Assembly: GCA_905178155.1 (NCBI GenBank)
Contig: CAJINV010000008.1
Span: forward strand, 3,869,420 to 3,933,419
DNA length: 64,000 bases
Reading direction: 5' to 3'
Source: Amoebophrya sp. A120
Lineage: Eukaryota > Protista > Dinoflagellata
The notes under the pieces are model-generated. The model was given only the letters and a program-made list of their open reading frames with translations. It did no database searches and had not been told where the DNA came from. The position numbers and the translations under genes are program-made. Of this stretch, positions 63,166-64,000 are shown piece after piece (positions within the stretch are counted from its first letter, which is position 1; the number at the start of each line of letters is the position of its first letter).

Positions 63166-64000
63166 ATGGGGAGGATGATGGCGATCCGTGGTAGTACAAC
63201 CATGTGCACGACCTCCCACCAACGAGTAGCACGACGAGGAGGAGCTTGGCCTTGGGGAACGACTTGGTGTTGGAGAGCCGGGCAGCTACAGCGATCTTAT
63301 TTCCTTACCCTCATCTTTGTTCTCTACTTGTGCGATTTGGTGGTGCCGCCTGCAGCAGGTGCAGCGCAAGGACGGAAATTGTTTTCACGAAGAGGAAGAC
63401 GAGCAGATCAAGCGCCGCGGTCGCCGCCCTCGTCGTCTATCTTAAACGCAACAACATCGTCCTCGCCGCGAGGACATCAAAAAATCTCGGCTGCAATAAA
63501 CAGTGAACAGCAAGAACTTCTACCATCGTCAAACTGCGCACCGCCTGGTGCAGCTGCCAGTGGTGTCAAAATCCTCGACGAAGCCTCTCAGGGCGGCGCT
63601 TGCGTCGAGACAGACGAGCCCGACGAGATATCAAATCAAAATCGTGCAGCTTGCTCAACTTCGCCACCACTTTCACCGGGAGCTGCAGAACCCACGGTGT
63701 GCGAAGCAACGGCCTTGCAGTGCCACAGCGTGGGCACGGTAGGGCATCCCCACACGTGTGCTCCGCCTTGCAAGTACGTGGCCAAAGCCAGGGGGTGCAA
63801 GGACGGGCTGGCTTGCCAGCGCTGCCATTTGTGCCGGTGGAGTGCCGCACAACCGCGAAGAGACAGGCGAGGAGCCGCGCGCGGGGGCCAGCATGCAGGA
63901 GCACGCGCGGAAGCCGAAGCACAAACGTCTGGCGGAAGTGTTGCCGACCCTGTAGTTCGCAAACACGCCGAGGAAGTTGTTGTACCAGCAGGAAATTCTT
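63166..64000 (+). CDS. 3'-partial protein with hydrophobic segment and CCCH-like zinc-finger motif (missed by the ORF track)
   Basis: Frame open from 63022 to the window end. YFLTLIFVLYLCDLVV, then SRRGRR. SVGTVGHPHTCAPPCKYVAKARGCKDGLACQRCHLCRW at 63724-63840. Confidence 0.8.
   Translation, partial: MGRMMAIRGSTTMCTTSHQRVARRGGAWPWGTTWCWRAGQLQRSYFLTLIFVLYLCDLVVPPAAGAAQGRKLFSRRGRRADQAPRSPPSSSILNATTSSSPRGHQKISAAINSEQQELLPSSNCAPPGAAASGVKILDEASQGGACVETDEPDEISNQNRAACSTSPPLSPGAAEPTVCEATALQCHSVGTVGHPHTCAPPCKYVAKARGCKDGLACQRCHLCRWSAAQPRRDRRGAARGGQHAGARAEAEAQTSGGSVADPVVRKHAEEVVVPAGNS

Overview
Eukaryotic, intron-rich DNA. It is most likely from a syndinian dinoflagellate such as Amoebophrya; this is inferred from gene style and intron type, not proven. 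Every gene I can support is on the + strand. Recognisable genes: V-ATPase V1 subunit C (21382-24639), a divergent Ubl-eS31/RPS27A fusion (26290-26901), an IQ-motif protein, an ankyrin protein, and three low-complexity proteins sharing a GHP-C/CKY/GCKDG-C-RCH-C zinc-finger-like motif behind an N-terminal hydrophobic segment. The dominant signal is 11 transposon-like 'introner' insertions inside coding exons, from about 5 sequence families. All start with TAT, nine end in ATA, and all have terminal inverted repeats, a 5-bp target-site duplication and internal GCAT(C/G)ACA-type motifs. Removing the element plus one duplication copy restores the reading frame every time. Most cannot be removed by GT/GC-AG splicing at their ends, and members of one family occur in both orientations. 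One has grown to 6.85 kb by capturing GC-rich palindromic repeat DNA. Intergenic DNA holds other non-autonomous TIR elements (8-10 bp, 14 bp and 51 bp flanking duplications) and a triplicated ~430-bp structured unit. No transposase gene is visible.
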